DNA of 64,000 nucleotides from Terriglobia bacterium (GCA_963739235.1 CAVTZY010000023.1:133746-197745); one strand, 5' to 3'. Counted from the first letter of the stretch, positions 17,210 to 27,333 are shown. A program made the numbers and translations. The notes: generated by a model not told the origin, from the sequence alone.

Positions 17210-17262
17210 CTCTTCTTCTCGAATGGAGCTTGAAAGCAGAACTCTGGTTCGCTGAGCGCGGT

Positions 17263-17679
17263 TCAGCTCAAATACTGCGCGCCGACATCGAACCCTTCTT
17301 CCGGAGTGCCGAACCATTCTCCATTCGGGAAAACGCAGGGTTCATATCTCTCGCGGCTGTAGGTATAGAACGCCAGCGTCCACCGACCAGTGTCGAAGTG
17401 ACGCAGACGGCATAGGTGTATCGGGGTTTTTCGCAGGCGGTCAATAAGTTGCCCGCGAGATTCGCCCAGGCACGCTGTGGTACACTTTTTTCCCACATCC
17501 GGCTCCTGGAACGCATCGATGTAGCACAGAGCACCCCTAAATCTGACTTCGATCCGGCGGTACTTTCCCGAGTAGTACTTTCTAGCGTGTTCGAGAATAC
17601 GCCTCTTCACCGCTTCCTGCGCTGCTGGCGGTATCTTCATCCCACCCGCCTGGGGGTTGAAAACCCACACCTTTCGCAT
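17263..17679 (-). CDS. hypothetical protein, possibly DUF3024-like
   Basis: 138-aa ORF. The ...RWTLAFYTYSRERYEPCVFPNGEWFGTPEEGF pattern resembles DUF3024 as I remember it. The family call is uncertain. Confidence 0.55.
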   Translation of the reverse strand: MRKVWVFNPQAGGMKIPPAAQEAVKRRILEHARKYYSGKYRRIEVRFRGALCYIDAFQEPDVGKKCTTACLGESRGQLIDRLRKTPIHLCRLRHFDTGRWTLAFYTYSRERYEPCVFPNGEWFGTPEEGFDVGAQYLS

Positions 17680-17680
17680 A

Positions 17681-18346
17681 TCATCGTTCTCCTTTGCCTG
17701 TGGTTGTGCCCGCCACCCACCCGGGCCCCCTGCTCCTGGTGTCCGGATTTACCGGTCGAGACCGCCGGCGCTTCCGCATCCGACGTTCGAGCTTTGGTTC
17801 ATCGCGCAAGAAGATCTTGAGCAATTGCTGCACCTTCTCTGCCGCTGCCTCAGGAGCCAAGCCGGATATATCAACCCGGAGGCCCGCCCGATCGTAGCTT
17901 TTTCGATAATAGGTGATGTCCTTCTTGATTTCGCGCAAGTAAAGCAGCTTCTCTCTTTCGGTGAGTTGCTTCTCAATTGGGCGCGAGTTTATGTCGTAAA
18001 ACGTAATCCGATTTAGAATGTTCTCAGGCCTGTCCGTGAGAACAACGACTGTTCCTCCTGCTCTTTTAAGCACACGGAGGTAACGGCCCATGAGCCCGCT
18101 CGGAGGCAACGCGATCACGCAATTCCGGCTCTCAGGATGCCCGAGAATGTGCGTCAACGCTCTGGCGGCTTCGTTCCTGAACGATTCGACAGTGAGGAAT
18201 CTATTCCGCAATCGCTCGATCGATGTCTTGAAAAATCTTTCTATTTCCGCGTCCAGATCGAAAAACCGGCAGCCCAAACGGGATGCCAGTATCGCTCCGA
18301 TTGACGTCTTGCCAACACAACTGACACCTGTGATAAAGACCCTCAT
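17681..18346 (-). CDS. P-loop NTPase, shikimate-kinase-like small kinase fold
   Basis: ORF 17681..18466. Preferred start is ATG 18346 (MRVFITGVSCVGKTSIGAILASRLGCRFFDLDAEIE). The C-terminal 35 aa are basic and low-complexity. Confidence 0.65.
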   Translation of the reverse strand: MRVFITGVSCVGKTSIGAILASRLGCRFFDLDAEIERFFKTSIERLRNRFLTVESFRNEAARALTHILGHPESRNCVIALPPSGLMGRYLRVLKRAGGTVVVLTDRPENILNRITFYDINSRPIEKQLTEREKLLYLREIKKDITYYRKSYDRAGLRVDISGLAPEAAAEKVQQLLKIFLRDEPKLERRMRKRRRSRPVNPDTRSRGPGWVAGTTTGKGER

Positions 18347-18607
18347 GTAGCAAAACCCCAAGAAGAATGAGTCCAGGACTCGGACCGGCCCATTCCTCGG
18401 ACTCTTACAAACGCTTCGCCACCACCATCCTGCCGTATGCGGGCTTGCGCCGCTCGGGAGTTCCAAGAGTCAAACACGCTCGCCTGCCCCACAACATTTC
18501 ATGTATTTCTTGCCGCTGTGGCAGGGGCAGGATGAACGCCACGGAATCCGAAGCGCGGAATCCGGGGGGATGTGGTGCCACTTCCTCATCAGCCTGGCAA
18601 AAACCGG

Positions 18608-20431
18608 TCACGGCTTGAGTTTACTCTCCGGAAGCGCGTATCCCAGCTTCTTCAGGGCGCCACGAAATGCACGCAGGTTTTTCTTTGGCACGACCAGATG
18701 CTTATCGCCGGCGTGACGACAGAGCATGCCGGCGTCGGAGTCCTCTGTAATCGCCGCGGCGGTGACTGCGTCGCACATTTCGATCAAGAGCGCCTGTTCG
18801 ATACCTCTCACGGCGGACGCCTTGGCAGCTATTCCGGATAGCCATCCTTCCAGGGTTTCGGGAAGGGCATTCAGGCATTTCTCCTCGAGAAATCTGGAAA
18901 TATCCACGATTGAGCCCCCCGATACCACATAATCGAGTACCCTGCCGGCGTCGAGCCACCACGCTCCCCTAGAATCGCGGACCGCCCACGCATCCAACCG
19001 GTGAGTGTCCGGGGGCAATAGATCTTCCGATGGAATGATCTCGCCATTGCCAACGACTTCCCATGGGACGATAGCTCTGGCAGGAGTGGATTCATAATGG
19101 GGAGTGACATTCACGCAATAGGCGCCCAGGGCGTTGAGCCGGACGTAAAGCAGGCCGTCGTAGCGGCTGCAGAAACTTAGCTCATCGGTTCCCCATCCCC
19201 CATCGAAATCCGGCCAGAGATGGTGCGGATATGAATAGGCGATGTCGATGATTCCCAGTGTCGCGAGGATCTCCATCAGAAAGACGCGCAGGTAAACCCG
19301 CGACAAAACATGCTCGTGCCCTCCGAGATGGCCGTACTGCTGCTCGGCAAAATATAGGGTTACGGCCTCCGACGTGACGAGAAAGCTGTTTCCTGACGCC
19401 AGCAGGAAGCGCCAGGCTTCACCGAACTCGATCCAGCGGTTGACGGGCCATTGAGCGATGGATTCCAGAATCGCATGTCGTCTTTCCGACGGGTCGGAAA
19501 GGTAGCGCTTTCCTCGCCCCGACTGGCCGCGAATGTGATTCACGCGATTGAATTCATCGAAGTGATTGTCGTCATAAAGGCAGTCGATGCCTTCATTGAA
19601 GCCGTCCGGAGTCCAGCCCTGCAGCAGGCGTTGTCCGCTTTCAGTCAGGACCAAGGTGCCACGGCGCGGTTTTGCCCAGCCACATTGCTGAATCACTACG
19701 CCCAAGGCATGTGCCCGGATACTGCCGGCCGCCTCGACTTGATGCGCTCTGGAAACGGCCTGGGGAACTTCAGCATCGAAGTCGGGCGCGACGAGGGACT
19801 GCGCAATCAGGCGTGTGGTTGCCTCAGTGGGCCGCAGGCTCTTGTCTGCCACGGACAGCTTGCCCAACCGAACCAGATGGAGAACCGAGCGGAGTTCGAG
19901 CGGCGCAATTTCACGACTGTCGTAGACATGCACCTGCCTCGGCGCGGCTTCTCGCCAGCCCTTTTTTGCAGGACGATGGATATCGGGAGTGACATCCAGC
20001 GAAAAGACAGCCGGCTTGGGAGGCTCCGGGACGAGGCGCTGCAGAAACTCGAGCAGCGGATCGAACACAACGAAACGGCCTGATGAACCTTCGCCAAGCA
20101 TGAGCAGCAGGGATGGATTCTTCCTGTGATATGTCCAGGGCTCGAGGTCCGGCATCGCAACGCCATGCATGGCCTCGAAACTCTCGCGGGCGACTGCACC
20201 CCCGTTGTGGACCGCCTGGGCCAAAGCCTTGCGTTCGGTCTCGGACAAGCGATTTACGATGCGCGCAAGGTTCGACCGCAGTTCTTGATCGAGAGCTTTG
20301 ATTAGCTCAGGCTTGCGCGTGAGGATTCGAGGAAGGTCGAGTCTGCAGAAAAAACGTGGACACCCACTGTTTTTTGCATATTTAATGGGTGTCCACATTC
20401 TCTGATATCCTGAGAGTGCCGCCGTGAGCAA
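18608..20431 (-). CDS. hypothetical large protein (up to 607 aa); start uncertain
   Basis: Long uninterrupted ORF. The first ~25 codons overlap a terminator-like hairpin (20346..20396), so the true start is probably further downstream. Confidence 0.6.
   Translation of the reverse strand: MLTAALSGYQRMWTPIKYAKNSGCPRFFCRLDLPRILTRKPELIKALDQELRSNLARIVNRLSETERKALAQAVHNGGAVARESFEAMHGVAMPDLEPWTYHRKNPSLLLMLGEGSSGRFVVFDPLLEFLQRLVPEPPKPAVFSLDVTPDIHRPAKKGWREAAPRQVHVYDSREIAPLELRSVLHLVRLGKLSVADKSLRPTEATTRLIAQSLVAPDFDAEVPQAVSRAHQVEAAGSIRAHALGVVIQQCGWAKPRRGTLVLTESGQRLLQGWTPDGFNEGIDCLYDDNHFDEFNRVNHIRGQSGRGKRYLSDPSERRHAILESIAQWPVNRWIEFGEAWRFLLASGNSFLVTSEAVTLYFAEQQYGHLGGHEHVLSRVYLRVFLMEILATLGIIDIAYSYPHHLWPDFDGGWGTDELSFCSRYDGLLYVRLNALGAYCVNVTPHYESTPARAIVPWEVVGNGEIIPSEDLLPPDTHRLDAWAVRDSRGAWWLDAGRVLDYVVSGGSIVDISRFLEEKCLNALPETLEGWLSGIAAKASAVRGIEQALLIEMCDAVTAAAITEDSDAGMLCRHAGDKHLVVPKKNLRAFRGALKKLGYALPESKLKP
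20346..20396 (-). terminator. terminator-like hairpin GTGGACACCCA-N19-TGGGTGTCCAC followed by GTTTTTT; copy 1 of a repeated element
   Basis: 11-bp perfect stem at 20356..20366 / 20386..20396, with a T-run on the minus strand. About 50 bp is shared with 59071..59120. Confidence 0.45.
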
Positions 20432-20536
20432 CTCGGACGGCCTGCGCCCGACTTGCCCAATTCACTGCCGCTTGCGATGCCCCCAGCCAATCTGTTGCCG
20501 ATCGTGAGGAAACGTATTTATTTGAACACTCGCCGG

Positions 20537-20896
20537 TCAGCTGCATTTTGTGACCTGTCCCCTGCTGTCGAGTGATTGAACCTTTTTCCGCAAATACTCG
20601 CGATAGTCATCCGGGATCGGGTTGTCGAGGAGTTCCTGGATCACCGGGAAAAAGTAAGCCAACGAACGTATCGGAGCGAGTGGCGGCAGATCATGCGGCC
20701 TGCCGAGCCTGCGCAGGGACGCCAGCAGGAGAGCCGATTCCACGGTTGCCAGTTTGATGCCGCGTGCGTACAGCGCGGCAACGCTTTTTCGGTCGTGAGG
20801 GCCTGCTCTGCATGGGGTTTCGGGGAGTTCCAGGTAAAGCTTCAAGACCGCTGACAGATATTCGTTGCCATCTTCCTCGGGGATTTCCCGGATCAT
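20537..20896 (-). CDS. hypothetical protein (119 aa), translationally coupled to istB
   Basis: ATG 20896 overlaps the istB stop (ATGA) and lies behind AGGAGG. Begins [28 protein letters not shown]... Confidence 0.5.
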   Translation of the reverse strand: MIREIPEEDGNEYLSAVLKLYLELPETPCRAGPHDRKSVAALYARGIKLATVESALLLASLRRLGRPHDLPPLAPIRSLAYFFPVIQELLDNPIPDDYREYLRKKVQSLDSRGQVTKCS

Positions 20897-21674
20897 TTCT
20901 TTTTCCTCCTTGCCGCTGCTTCCAGTTCGCTCTCGCGCAGACGGTAGCTTTCGCCGTCGATTTTGGTGACATCCGCATGATGAGTGAGCCGGTCGACCAG
21001 AGTGACAATGCAAGAGGCGTTGGGAAAGACCTCGTTCCATTCTTTAAATCCGCGATTTGTGGTCACAATCACGGAACGTCGTTCATAGCGGCGATTGATG
21101 ACCTCATAGAGAAGATCCGCGGCATTGTCGTCATAGGACAAGTAGCCAACTTCATCGACACAGACCAGGCCGGCATTTCCGTACGTGCGCAGTTTCCTTC
21201 TTCGGGTTGCTGGCGATTCGCACTGCAGGTCTTCGATCAAAGCGGAAGCAGAGCGGAACAGCACGGAGTATCCGGCCATGACTGCCGCATGGCAGATGTT
21301 TTTTGCGATCATTGATTTTCCCAAGCCATTCGTGCCCGATCATGACCAGGTTGCGTGCTTCCTTGATGAAGTCCAGCGTGAGGGCGCGTTCGATGACGTC
21401 CCGTTCGATTTTCTTAGGCCAGTTCCAGTCGAAGTCGGCCATGGGTTTGAACTTCTTGATTCCGGACAGGCTCAGGCGACGTTCCAGGCTTCGGCGCGAA
21501 CGATCGTCCGCTTCCGATCTCCGACAGTTGTTCGAGCATCATGTGCGGAGACCATCGTCCTGTTGTGGCGCGGGCGATAAAGTCATCGAGATTTTGCGCG
21601 ACTGCCCGCAATCCAATCTTCTCGAGTTTCGAGTTCAGGTTACTCGTCGGGGTCGTCGTCTTTGGCAAGGTCAT
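20893..21674 (-). pseudogene. istB: IS21-family helper ATPase IstB, two frame breaks (about 21520 and 21335)
   Basis: Three ORF-track pieces (21414..21692, 21152..21442, 20893..21324) join as ...MMLEQLSEI / EADDRSRRSLERRLSLSGIKKFKPMADFDWNWP...NLVMIG / [12 protein letters not shown]...VDEVGYL...TTNRGFKEW. Confidence 0.8.
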
Positions 21675-23132
21675 CGTAAGTCTCCAAGGCATGAGGGGTG
21701 ACGGATAGGTTTTCGAGTTCCGGGTGACGGGACAGGTCGACCGGGGACGGTGTTCGACGTTTGTTGGAGCGGCGGCGTTGGTTGAGAATAAAGGCTACTG
21801 AGGAAGCGCGTGGGGTTTTGCGATCGAGAGCTTCGCAAACGGCGGTGCGCAGCTCTCTGGCTCCGTAGAGGTCCAGGAGATTCAGCAGTTGAGCGGTTTG
21901 GCTGCCGGCGGACTCGCCGCGAGCGAAAGCGGCATCGAGCAAGGCTTCGCTTTCGGGGACGGCCTGGGCAAGTCGGCCGCCGCGGGTGGAGCCAAGAGCC
22001 TTGCGTTTTTCTTTCAGCAACTCTTCCTGGTGCGCCGGATCGAGAATCTGCTGGCGGCGGTCATAGGAGCGGCGGTGGCGGGCAATCTCCTGGCTGCCGT
22101 CGAGAATGCGCACTGTGGATTCTGAAACGGCCAGCACGAGCGGGCGACCGACGGCCGCCGGAGGGATCGAGTAGTCGTTGAGGTCAAAGCGGACGTAGAT
22201 GGTTTTGCCCGACTGCACCGTAATGAGCAGATCGGAGTCAAACCGGTGTGCAGGCAGTGGCAGCAGGCGTGGCGTTTCTTCCGCGACAGCCTCCGCTACG
22301 GTGCGGTGATCGCCGCCGGGCCAGGGGCGGCAGTGGGCTTCCCGATCGCGCCAGGCAAGGGCCTGGCGGTTGAAATCCTCCAAAGTTGTGAACGGGCGGG
22401 CGGCAAAGAAGGATTCCCGTATATACCGTATGGCCCGCTCGACCCGCCCTTTTTGATTGCCCGCACGAACCTGGCAAGGGCGTGCAGCGAAATGGTAATG
22501 GGCGCACAGCTCCAGGAGCCGCGGATGAAAATGAATGGCATCGCCGCGGCGTTCGAGCACGCACGCTGCGGAGATTATCGTACAACAGGATTCTGGGAAG
22601 GCCTTTCCAGTCGGCAAAAGCATTCACATGGCCACGCAGAAAGCTCTCCATGCGCTGGTCGAAGAAAAACTCGAGGTACAACCCTCGGGAATAGGAGAGC
22701 GTGATGACAAAGCAGGAAAGCCGCCGCCGAGCCCGGCCAACGGGAACTTCGCCAAAATGGGCCCAGTCAACTTGTCCTTGTTCGCCCGGGAAAGTGCGCA
22801 GGCGAAGAAACGCTTCCTTGTGGGCGGGGCGCAGGCAGGCGACAACACGGCGCAGCTTGCACCACACTGCCAGAGTAGCCGCGATCCCGGATCATCTGGA
22901 AAATCCGGGTGGCCCGCAGGCGCGGATGTTTTGCCAGAACCTCGCGAATGTAGTCGGCATAGGGGTCCGTTACACTGGGCCTCAGCGTTTTGGTGTTATT
23001 GAACCGATCGGTTTCCACGGCAATGCTGACCGTGTCCGGGTGAAGAACGAGTTCGCGGGCAATCGTCCCGACCTTCCAGTGCTCGGCATAGAACAGGTGG
23101 CGAATCCGGGCGCGGGTTTCCTCGTCAATCAT
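21640..23132 (-). pseudogene. istA: IS21-family transposase IstA, two frame breaks (about 22855 and 22565)
   Basis: Pieces 22767..23141 (HTH: ARIRHLFYAEHWKVGTIAREL), 22238..22867 ([11 protein letters not shown]...[14 protein letters not shown]) and 21640..22623 ([18 protein letters not shown]...) together give about 497 aa. Confidence 0.8.
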
Positions 23133-23137
23133 GGAAA

Positions 23138-23557
23138 TCACCTCCGTCGATGAAAAGGATTCACAAACCGGCCTGCCCGGCCGCAGATGATGCAGTAAGG
23201 CACTCCCGGGTCATGAATCACTCTGGTTTCCTGTGTTGGTTTGCCGCCATTTTCGGCGACAGCCGGTGGGTGAAGCGCCGGCGTGAGGATTTTGTCAGAG
23301 GAAGGCTTGACGGGGGAACCTTGATCCATAACGGAAACTGCCACCAGCCGTCGTCGATAGGCTTGTTGACGGTCCCGTTGGTCGAGTCTCCCTTCAGGAG
23401 TTCGCCGATGACGGAGGTTTGCTGCTCGACGTTGCTCCCGCCGCGCTTTGCCTCGGCAATGGTCGCTGCAATATTGTTGGCCCCGGTCACACCGGCGGCA
23501 GATCCGGAATATGACGCCGCATCCTTGTGCCACGGCAAACCCTTTGCCGGAGAACAT
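23138..23557 (-). CDS. hypothetical Cys-rich (zinc-ribbon-like) basic protein directly upstream of istA
   Basis: CRRCDRGQQYCSDHCRGKARREQRR...CIICGR. Its stop region GGAGGTGA provides the SD for the istA ATG at 23132. Confidence 0.45.
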   Translation of the reverse strand: MFSGKGFAVAQGCGVIFRICRRCDRGQQYCSDHCRGKARREQRRAANLRHRRTPEGRLDQRDRQQAYRRRLVAVSVMDQGSPVKPSSDKILTPALHPPAVAENGGKPTQETRVIHDPGVPYCIICGRAGRFVNPFHRRR

Positions 23558-24252
23558 CTTCAGCCGTGTGTCTCATTCTCACCCAAAGGCGAGACTGGAC
23601 AACGGCTGCCAATCATGGCAGCTTAATGGCGGCTGTGTAGACAACCTCTCAATCGAGAGGTACTGCCAATGGACCCCGGTCGGGGATACGACCGGGGTCT
23701 CCTCTACTCGACCTTCCGCACAAGATTACACGAAGATGATGATGGGCGCCACGCCTGCGGCGCGGATGATGTTGAGGCTATCTATTCCGGCGGGGGTTCA
23801 GAACAGTACGGATTCAGATGATCGGCGACAAGGCTTGCCCAAATCACGGAAAATCGCTATTTCCCCTTGTGATTAAGCCTCTCTTAGAACGATATCCCTC
23901 CACGAATCCTATGACCCACCGCCGAACAGAGCCAAATCTGAGTTCTCAGCTGCGGCTTCTTCCATCCCTCACGATGATAGAAAACCCATAGGGAGCGCCC
24001 TGTCGGGCGCTGCGCCAGCGGCTCACTTCAAACGTCTCTATCAAAAGTGCTCCGGACGCGACCTCGTGCCACGATCGTATATTTTCAGCCGGAGCACTTC
24101 CGATAGAGATCTAACGTTTGGCTGTCAATTTCCTACGCCCATTCAAAAGATCATCTATAATGGCGGTAACTCCAGTTGATTCTTTGCAGTGAGCGTATCT
24201 ACTTGCGGAGGCGCCCACGTTTGAGATCGGGCAGCCCAAAAAAAAGGATGCA

Positions 24253-25224
24253 ATGCCCCACATGAGTACCAGAAAGAGATATTTTCTCCTCTCGGGATGG
24301 ATTTTGATATTAGGAATTCTGGCCTTGGGAGTGATCCAATCGGGAAACCCGGCCAACCTCGTCGATACCTCCGGATTTCTCTATGTGCTGGTGGGCGGGA
24401 TTGCGCTGACGATGATCAGTTTTCCGGGCGCCGAAATCCGGTGCGCACTTCGGGATGCCACGGGAACTCCGGGGAAAGCTGCGGATTTCAGAAGCTCTGT
24501 CTTTTTCTGGGAAGCCACGGGTCGTAGTTTCTGGATTGTGGGTATATTGCGCAGCATCCTGCATCTTATGATGTTCTTCCGCTCGATTGGAACGGTTGAA
24601 TATGGAACTTGGCAGTTGATAATAAAGGAATTGTCCCAGTCCCTTGTGACCGCGCTCTATGGCCTCGTGCTGGCAGTGATCTGCTTCATCGCCTGCTGGA
24701 AACTCATGGGGAAACTGTGTAGTCGGCCGTTGGCGCCGACGGGAGTGCAAGGCCCAATTTCAGTCGGTCACACTGGGTGGAGGTTCGGCACTGTATTCGG
24801 GTATGTTCTGTTTCTTTCGTTTTTGGCACCGTGGTTTTCCAGACTTGTTTGGCCCGGCTTTAAGCCGGCATTATTCGTAGTTGTGGGAGGAGCGATAGCA
24901 CTTATGTTGATTGTACGCGGGGCCAATTCAGGGCCGACGCTGTCCACCGCTCTTGCAGGCATGGGGATCATTGGTTTCTTAATTGGGGCCATCCAGTTGC
25001 AGGGTCATGTGGCCGGGGCTTTTGCATTTCTTCTATCCTCCGGCTTTACACCGCTATTAGGAATGGTCCTCGTGGGCGCTCCTTTGGAGGATCATGCGAT
25101 CCGGACAAGACGAGTCGCCACCCCATCTGCATTCAGCCGCGTTGCCTGGTACGTCTTTCCCCTGCTGGCATTGATATTCCTAACACCGATGGTTTTTGTG
25201 CTGATAATACCCGGGCTTGGGTAG
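24253..25224 (+). CDS. integral membrane protein (multi-pass; first half faintly MotA/TolQ/ExbB-like)
   Basis: 323-aa ORF with repeated hydrophobic helices, in an AT-richer block. Confidence 0.6.
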   Translation: MPHMSTRKRYFLLSGWILILGILALGVIQSGNPANLVDTSGFLYVLVGGIALTMISFPGAEIRCALRDATGTPGKAADFRSSVFFWEATGRSFWIVGILRSILHLMMFFRSIGTVEYGTWQLIIKELSQSLVTALYGLVLAVICFIACWKLMGKLCSRPLAPTGVQGPISVGHTGWRFGTVFGYVLFLSFLAPWFSRLVWPGFKPALFVVVGGAIALMLIVRGANSGPTLSTALAGMGIIGFLIGAIQLQGHVAGAFAFLLSSGFTPLLGMVLVGAPLEDHAIRTRRVATPSAFSRVAWYVFPLLALIFLTPMVFVLIIPGLG

Positions 25225-25395
25225 CAGAACTTTTCGCGGAGGTTACCGAAATCACCGATTGACTGCAATCGTTAATCCGCGGCTGTAACTCTGCTTCCGA
25301 AATAGGAAGTGGGATATGAGAAGAGGTAAGATGGTTTTGTTTCATGCGTTGGCTTGCATGCACACTTCATCACTGACCACAAAACGGAGAGGGCG

Positions 25396-26022
25396 ATGCG
25401 AAAAATTGAAGTTTTTGCTTTGATACTGAGTCTCCTTTTGTGCTGCAGTTCTGTAGCACAAACAAACCAACAAAAGGGCAAGGTCTTGATGATCCTTAAC
25501 GAGGATAAATCAGCCGATCTCGAGCTAATGCTTACAAAGGAAGTTGGAGTAATGAAAGATATGCTTCAGAAGGCCGGTTTTCAGGTTGTGGTAGCCACGG
25601 TTTCAAAGCAGCTGCTGCAAGCGGGAAACCAGAAGCTGCAACCTGCCCTCAAGTTCAGTGAGGTTCGGGTATCCGACTATAGGGGATTAATCATGCCATA
25701 CATGGCTACCAAAATTGGGCCGCTTTCTCCGGAAGGCTTATCGATCGTCAAAGACGCAGCGGCCATAGGAAAGCCCATCGCAGCGCAGGCCGGATCTGTC
25801 TTCCAACTTTGGCAAGCCGGTGTGCTGAAGGGCAAGAAATATGCTCTTGGACAAGGATTAGGATTACGGCCATTTGCGGATGCGACTTACAGCGGAGATG
25901 GCGTCATTCAGGACGGCAAAATCATTACATCTGGCACCTGCCCTTATATGGAAAAGATGGCCGGAAAGAAAGACGGCACAACCAAACTCACCGAAGCACT
26001 GATCGCCGAACTCCTGAAATGA
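25396..26022 (+). CDS. secreted DJ-1/PfpI-like (class I glutamine-amidotransferase-fold) protein, apparently lacking the nucleophile Cys
   Basis: ORF 25354..26022. Preferred start is ATG 25396 behind GGAGAGGG. Signal peptide MRKIEVFALILSLLLCCSSVAQ. KPIAAQAGS sits where DJ-1 proteins have AAIC. Confidence 0.5.
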   Translation: MRKIEVFALILSLLLCCSSVAQTNQQKGKVLMILNEDKSADLELMLTKEVGVMKDMLQKAGFQVVVATVSKQLLQAGNQKLQPALKFSEVRVSDYRGLIMPYMATKIGPLSPEGLSIVKDAAAIGKPIAAQAGSVFQLWQAGVLKGKKYALGQGLGLRPFADATYSGDGVIQDGKIITSGTCPYMEKMAGKKDGTTKLTEALIAELLK

Positions 26023-26359
26023 AATCAGCTGCAAGCATAGCTCGGGCGGCGTTAGTCATTACGCATGCGGAACTGAACATAATTTGGGATGCTTGAGCGG
26101 TGGCGTTCGCATCAGCGCCATCGCTAACAAGAAGCCCGCTTTGCTGTTCGTATAATGCGAACAGCCGACTATGCGGTAAACTGAGACACAGAACGCAATT
26201 CCGAAACGGAGAAGCTCAATTGTCCTGAAGTCGTAACCTGAAACCTGACTTGATTAGGCTCCCGGTAAGGACTTTACGTCGAATTCGATTCCACGCGAGC
26301 GAGTAACCGCCTTACCGTATATAACTAGTTGGCGATTGAAGAGGTTTGGCGCTGCAGGA

Positions 26360-26800
26360 TCATTGGGCAGTTTTGTGCGACTCTGGCCTAAAGATAAGCT
26401 GAAGGGGTTTTTCCGGATCATATTGAAATGGGTTTGCCGCATCTGGCGCGGACGCCGGCCGCCGCTTGAGAGCGGCGATCTTCTGGTATACGGAATCCAT
26501 TATGATTTTGGTTTCAGTCGCAGGGATTCCTTTCTTTTCAGTCCCGGCTGCAGCTTGTGCACGGGGGCCAGGTCGCTGGCCCTTTGCTGAATTGCGCTTC
26601 ATCTTCCGTCGCCTGCGCATGAAATGGTGAATCGTGCTGATGGAAACATGAACGTCGCATTTGTCTGCCAGGATTCGCGCGATCGCCCGGTAGGTCCAAC
26701 CCCTTTTTAGCAGTTCGTCGATCAAGGCGCCATAACGTTCCAGGCATGAACGTGCCGGCTTTTGAGGCAGGTTTTCCAGAATTTCGGCAAAATCATCCAT
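26360..26800 (-). CDS. small HTH protein typical of mobilisable/integrative elements
   Basis: ORF 26360..26929. Preferred start is the M of MDDFAEILENLPQKP. HTH GWTYRAIARILADKCDVHVSISTIHHF. Confidence 0.5.
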   Translation of the reverse strand: MDDFAEILENLPQKPARSCLERYGALIDELLKRGWTYRAIARILADKCDVHVSISTIHHFMRRRRKMKRNSAKGQRPGPRAQAAAGTEKKGIPATETKIIMDSVYQKIAALKRRPASAPDAANPFQYDPEKPLQLIFRPESHKTAQ

Positions 26801-27000
26801 CGCATTTCCCACAATCGCGGCCCCCTGGCAGACAAGAAGCATAGAACGGTCATCGAACAAAGTTCGAAAAATCATCGAACAAATATCGAACAGAGGAAGG
26901 CCCAGGCCGACCTCGCGTAGCCTTTGCAAATCCTTAGCCGGAGGCTAAGGGATAGTGTCTCTATCATGACTTGCTTCCAACGAGCTTTCATACCGCTGAA

Positions 27001-27333
27001 TCACCCGACCTTCTGGATCGAAATGGATGTGATGTGTGGCTTGGAATCAGAACTGAAGCGTTCGGCTCTTACCGGCTCGCGTAACAGGCTGACACGCTGG
27101 GCTGAGAGATCTCCGAGGAGGGAACCGAGCCCCGCGCCGGATATGGAGATGTCGTGAGTCGAAAAAGCGATTCTGATTTTGTCATCATCGCCCTGGGCGT
27201 AAAGGAACTGGTTCCAAGGCAAAACGACCGTCTCCTTCAATAATCTGATTTCCATCCCGGCAGGATGATCGTGTTCTCGTGCAATCCAGGTTTTGCTATC
27301 GCTCAATTTCGAGATCATAGGCTCTCCTTTCAT
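27001..27333 (-). CDS. hypothetical protein (110 aa)
   Basis: ORF downstream of, and overlapping, the relaxase remnant. No family recognised. Confidence 0.4.
   Translation of the reverse strand: MKGEPMISKLSDSKTWIAREHDHPAGMEIRLLKETVVLPWNQFLYAQGDDDKIRIAFSTHDISISGAGLGSLLGDLSAQRVSLLREPVRAERFSSDSKPHITSISIQKVG

Larger units (their letters stand above)
20893..23132 (-). mobile_element. IS21-family element core (istA-istB); ends not determined; both genes frame-disrupted
   Basis: See the istA and istB entries. No convincing terminal inverted repeats were found by eye. Confidence 0.7.

Noticed and set aside
26270-26315. tRNA-like T-arm string (TCGAATTCGATTCCACGCG), a possible tRNA gene or att remnant
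   Set aside because: I could not fold a 5-bp T-stem around a 7-nt loop or build an acceptor stem. No complete cloverleaf is present.
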